This document shows positions 60,734 through 64,000 of a DNA stretch of 64,000 bases, piece by piece; within the stretch, counting starts at the first letter, position 1; each line of letters begins with the position of its first letter. Made by a program: the position numbers and the translations under genes. This stretch comes from an uncultured Gammaproteobacteria bacterium (GTDB lineage: Bacteria > Patescibacteriota > Microgenomatia > Levybacterales > GWA1-39-11): assembly GCA_964448725.1 (NCBI GenBank), contig CAYVAJ010000001.1, positions 7,525 through 71,524 of the forward strand, written 5' to 3'. The notes below the pieces were generated by a model. The model had not been told where the DNA came from and did not search any database. It saw nothing but the letters and a program-made list of their open reading frames with translations.

Positions 60734-62617
60734 TTCTTTTTCAACAAAATCAATCTCTTCACCCGTCATTCCGTATAAATCATAAACTGCCTCATCTAGT
60801 ATATTTGTGGTTCTTTCGAATTCACCTTCACCATTGGACATCTCCGCTTTAAGAGCCATTTTTTCAATTTCTAATTGTTTTTCTTCGGAGACTAAAATTA
60901 ACGGCAATTGTTCTAAATTACCTCGTAGAACTTTCACTGTAAAGAATGTGGACGAATAATAGTATTGCATTAATTTAGAATTCAACAAAGCTAGTAAATA
61001 TCTTGCTCGCATACCTTTAATGTCAGGAATAACACCGTTTATGTTGTTAAGCATGAAGTATGATTTATCATCATATGCAAATATGAGTTTTGAACTAATA
61101 AATTTGTAGAGTAGTTTTTCTGGTGCTAAATAGTAGTCCTTTGGTGCTACTTGCTGGAGCTGCTCTTTGTCATAGATAAAATAATGGCCACTATGGTTAA
61201 TTCGAAATTTATTTACATCACTCCCAACCAGAATTGGGTTTTGCCTAGGATCACCATTAGTGGTTGTTAAGTGCTTCTTATTATTTCCTGTCACTATTCC
61301 AAGGAAGAATTTCGCATTGTCTTTAAGAAATCTAACATCGTTATCTTTTATTTTAGATTTTAACTTATCTGACATACCTGAATGATTAATGTTAAAAATA
61401 TTTTCATGCGTTAAATAGAATTTACTTTGCGGAACGGAGCTAAAGACATTATCTTCAGAAAGTGATTTAGATGTTCGTATATCATTATTTTGTTTCTTAT
61501 CATCATCGCTAGTCGTTTCAGCCACAATAATCAATGCTGGTGCATATACTTTCTTGAATACATCTCCACACACTTGTAGGGTTAAAATCTTACATCGTTT
61601 TAGAAGTTGTTGTCTGGATAACTGATGGTTTTTAATTTTAAGATAAGCTTCTGGTATCAAGAAACCCAACCTTGCACCATCTTCTTTTAGAAAATCCAGA
61701 GAACGTTCTATAAAAAGTGTGAATGTATTAAGCCCTACGCTTCCTATTTGGTAGTATTTCCTGAAATATCTTTTTTCTTCAGGTGATAGTTTTGCACCCC
61801 AAGGCGGATTTCCTATGATTACGTCGATTTTATTTTCAAATTTACTGAGTTGATCACTATTAAAAAGATCTGAGCTTTTTTTAAGAGTGTTTGAATTTAA
61901 CACTCTCGGAACAGTTGACGTAATGAATTCTGCACGTTTAAGCAAATTGAATTGTGTTAATAAACATGCAATCTCATCTAAATCGACACCTATCAAAGCA
62001 GAAAGTATAGAAGAGTACCTATCGTTTTTTTTAATAGCTGGTTTGTTGATCTTGTATAGTCTATTTAGTTCATTAAATGCTTCTAGTAGGAACTGTCCTG
62101 ATCCACATGCAGGATCCATAATTTGCTTGTCTTTTGTTATATCAAGGTTAATCTCTTTTAGTATTTGTCTAACCACTTTCTTTGGCGTATAGTACTGGCC
62201 GTCCTCTTTTCTTCCTAATTGGTTTTGAAGAAGTTGATATAAAAATCCGAGAAAATCATCGTTAGTATCGTGCAGATCGTATTGACTAAGTGTTTGCATT
62301 ATTTTTAGATCAATACCTTCTAGAAGATTTTTATTCTTTAACGGTGATCGCAGTTTCTGTGCTATTTCTTTTCCGTTTTTAATTGCCTCTATTGAAATCT
62401 CATCATTTTTGACAAATGTATTCAATATCGTTTCCATTACATTTGAAAGGATCAACCTGTCTGCATCTTTTCCGTAGACTCCCTCTTTAAGTAGATCTAG
62501 TTTTATTTTATGTAGTTCTGAAGCACATCTGATTAAGTGAGGATGTTCATTCCAATAATCATCAGGGACAATGTAATTATTTTCGTGTGATGTTAGATTA
62601 GATTTTTTATATCTCAT
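60713..62617 (-). CDS. N6-adenine DNA methyltransferase, gamma-class (Eco57I/TaqI-like) with C-terminal target-recognition domain
   Basis: Motif I MDPACGSGQFLLEAF precedes motif IV VIIGNPPWGAK (NPPW). About 350-aa C-terminal TRD. 634 aa. Confidence 0.85.
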   Translation of the reverse strand: MRYKKSNLTSHENNYIVPDDYWNEHPHLIRCASELHKIKLDLLKEGVYGKDADRLILSNVMETILNTFVKNDEISIEAIKNGKEIAQKLRSPLKNKNLLEGIDLKIMQTLSQYDLHDTNDDFLGFLYQLLQNQLGRKEDGQYYTPKKVVRQILKEINLDITKDKQIMDPACGSGQFLLEAFNELNRLYKINKPAIKKNDRYSSILSALIGVDLDEIACLLTQFNLLKRAEFITSTVPRVLNSNTLKKSSDLFNSDQLSKFENKIDVIIGNPPWGAKLSPEEKRYFRKYYQIGSVGLNTFTLFIERSLDFLKEDGARLGFLIPEAYLKIKNHQLSRQQLLKRCKILTLQVCGDVFKKVYAPALIIVAETTSDDDKKQNNDIRTSKSLSEDNVFSSVPQSKFYLTHENIFNINHSGMSDKLKSKIKDNDVRFLKDNAKFFLGIVTGNNKKHLTTTNGDPRQNPILVGSDVNKFRINHSGHYFIYDKEQLQQVAPKDYYLAPEKLLYKFISSKLIFAYDDKSYFMLNNINGVIPDIKGMRARYLLALLNSKLMQYYYSSTFFTVKVLRGNLEQLPLILVSEEKQLEIEKMALKAEMSNGEGEFERTTNILDEAVYDLYGMTGEEIDFVEKELSTGFS

Positions 62618-62627
62618 ACTTATAATT

Positions 62628-63233
62628 CTAACTAAAATTTCCTCTTATTAAACCGACGAATTTACCTCTGATTTCTAGTTGCTCTGGAATAATTATTTCA
62701 TATTTTGGATTTTTAGGTTGTAAGATTGTCCTGCCATTTTGTTGCCCTAATACTTTTAGCGTTGCTCCTTTTTCTGTAATACCCACAACTGTATCTCCTA
62801 TATCTGCTGTCATTTGATGCTTGATTAGAACAACGTCATTATCAAGGATTCCCATATCAATCATGCTATCTCCCTTTACTCTTAATGCATAATAGGACTG
62901 ATTAGAAGATAGCCTAATACTATTTGGAACTTGTATTGATTCTGCATTTTCAATCGGTTCTATGGGTTCACCGGCAGCAATAAATCCTAATAAAGGAATT
63001 GTTTGTTTTTGTGTGATTGGTGCTATACCTCTATTTTTGTGAGGATCACGTTTTAAGTATCCTTTTTTCTCTAATTCTTCGATGTAGTATTGAGCAGTAC
63101 TTAAGTTTTCAGTATCAAGAAATTTAGCCAATTCACGAAGAGAGGGAGCATATCCATTATTAGCCATGAATGAATTTATAAAATCTAATGCCTCTTTTTG
63201 CTTATCCGTTAATGGCTTGACTTTAATATCCAT
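62628..63233 (-). CDS. LexA-like repressor (winged-helix DNA-binding domain + S24 peptidase domain)
   Basis: N-terminal LTDKQKEALDFI...GYAPSLRELAKFL...LEKKGYLKR (LexA DNA-binding domain). C-terminal VKGDSM (Ser) and EIRGKFVGLIR (Lys) catalytic dyad. Confidence 0.8.
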   Translation of the reverse strand: MDIKVKPLTDKQKEALDFINSFMANNGYAPSLRELAKFLDTENLSTAQYYIEELEKKGYLKRDPHKNRGIAPITQKQTIPLLGFIAAGEPIEPIENAESIQVPNSIRLSSNQSYYALRVKGDSMIDMGILDNDVVLIKHQMTADIGDTVVGITEKGATLKVLGQQNGRTILQPKNPKYEIIIPEQLEIRGKFVGLIRGNFS

Positions 63234-63314
63234 ATTATGATAACTTTATGATAAATTTATAGTTGTGTCAAGTCGGTATAAATATATCAAAAGCATGAGG
63301 AGGTGAAGTAAAAA

Positions 63315-63545
63315 ATGGCAAAATCACAGCATGTAGTACCATACGGAAAAAATTGGGCAGTAAGAGGCGAAGGGAATAGTCGTGTTACATCCATTCGTAA
63401 CACGCAAACGGAGGCTTACGAGATTGCAAGACAGATAGCAATTAATAACAAATCTGAAGTCATTATACATCGCCCTAACGGACAAATAAGGGATAAGGAC
63501 AGTTTTGGCCGAGATCCGTTCCCACCTAAAGATAAAAGGCACTAA
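63315..63545 (+). CDS. DUF2188 family small protein
   Basis: HVVPYGKNWAVRGEG...TQTEAYEIARQIA...EVIIHRPNGQIRDKDSFGRDPFPPKD matches the DUF2188 pattern. Confidence 0.6.
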   Translation: MAKSQHVVPYGKNWAVRGEGNSRVTSIRNTQTEAYEIARQIAINNKSEVIIHRPNGQIRDKDSFGRDPFPPKDKRH

Positions 63546-63549
63546 AAAT

Positions 63550-64000
63550 ATGGATGAGTTGGTATTATCACAAGCAACAATCACAGGATTACCCCGTGGA
63601 TTACACGAGGGTACGGTATTGGATTTACAAAAGATAAATTATTTATTTGGTGCGAATGGATCAGGAAAATCACTAACCCTACGACTGATAACCAGGCAAG
63701 CCAAGGAACAAATACGACAAAAGGGGTTAAATCAGAAAGGATATTTTTCTCAATATATAACTGCCACACCACAACAAAGCTTTTATAACGATCACTTTCA
63801 AATTCTAGAAAAAACCGCAACTGAATTTGATCTAGAAAGTGATGATATTACTGGCGGAGCGTTTTATCAACATCTGCAAGAATACCCAGAAATTTTAATA
63901 AAAGTACGTGATGCATTGCAGAAGTATTTAGGTAGATATCCGAACGTAGTCCGTCGAGGAATTAACAATGTTATGACGTTTTTAAGAGAAGAGGAGGATG
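63550..64000 (+). CDS. P-loop ATPase (ABC/OLD/AAA_15-21-like Walker A), truncated by window end
   Basis: YLFGANGSGKSLTL Walker A 30 aa from the N-terminus. ORF still open at 64000. Confidence 0.5.
   Translation, partial: MDELVLSQATITGLPRGLHEGTVLDLQKINYLFGANGSGKSLTLRLITRQAKEQIRQKGLNQKGYFSQYITATPQQSFYNDHFQILEKTATEFDLESDDITGGAFYQHLQEYPEILIKVRDALQKYLGRYPNVVRRGINNVMTFLREEED

Larger units (their letters stand above)
56364..64000. mobile_element. integrated element (serine-integrase island at tRNA-Asn 3' end) extending beyond the window end
   Basis: Serine integrase overlapping the tRNA 3' end. Downstream block of hypotheticals, RM-like genes, LexA-like repressor, DUF2188 and P-loop ATPase. No housekeeping genes. 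Confidence 0.6.

Noticed and set aside
1-64000. CRISPR arrays
   Set aside because: No series of regularly spaced direct repeats with unique spacers anywhere. The only repeats are the 35-bp pair at 23609/24262 and the tRNA-Ser tail elements.

Overview
This window is AT-rich (roughly 35-40% GC by eye) and densely packed with short housekeeping genes. The content looks like a reduced-genome bacterium of the Patescibacteria/CPR type; that lineage placement is an inference from gene content only, not from any search.

Gene content from start to end:
- Truncated ATP-dependent DNA ligase, Fic, RecF, UMP kinase, DsbA, Fpg, a GT4 glycosyltransferase and a 5'-3' exonuclease.
- FtsH, YidD, acylphosphatase, TrpS, Tgt and MurD.
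- A tRNA-Met, then a minus-strand cluster of four tRNAs (Ser-GGA, Arg-CCG, Ser-CGA, Arg-GCG).
- A Xer-like tyrosine recombinase, FtsB, a second tRNA-Met, bL25, GlmS, ValS and RNase HI.
- A cell-envelope block: DUF4012-like protein, CvpA/CAP-domain protein, two class A PBPs and an O-antigen-ligase-like protein.
- The jag-yidC-rnpA-rpmH operon, a PAP2 phosphatase, and a glycolysis/pentose-phosphate block (GAPDH, PGK, FBA, PfkB, RpiB, Rpe).
- A P-type ATPase, ComM/YifB, DnaG, RpoD and a second sigma-70 paralog.

Most notable observations:
1. A tRNA-Asn(GUU) gene at 56096..56375 is interrupted in the anticodon loop by a 208-nt group I intron (56130..56337). The P1 helix has a U.G pair at the splice site, the R/S (P7) and P/Q elements are recognisable, and the intron ends in G.
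2. A large serine recombinase gene starts immediately downstream and overlaps the tRNA 3' end. It marks an integrated element that runs to the window edge. Cargo is three hypotheticals, a gamma-class N6-adenine methyltransferase convergent with a candidate endonuclease, a full LexA-like repressor upstream of the methyltransferase, a DUF2188 protein and a truncated P-loop ATPase.
3. Both tRNA-Ser genes are followed by a conserved ~75-nt two-hairpin element ending in a copy of the cognate tRNA 3' terminus.

Other points: a long glmS leader with weak ribozyme-like motifs, 35-bp direct repeats flanking a small membrane-protein gene, and two short GC-rich islands.
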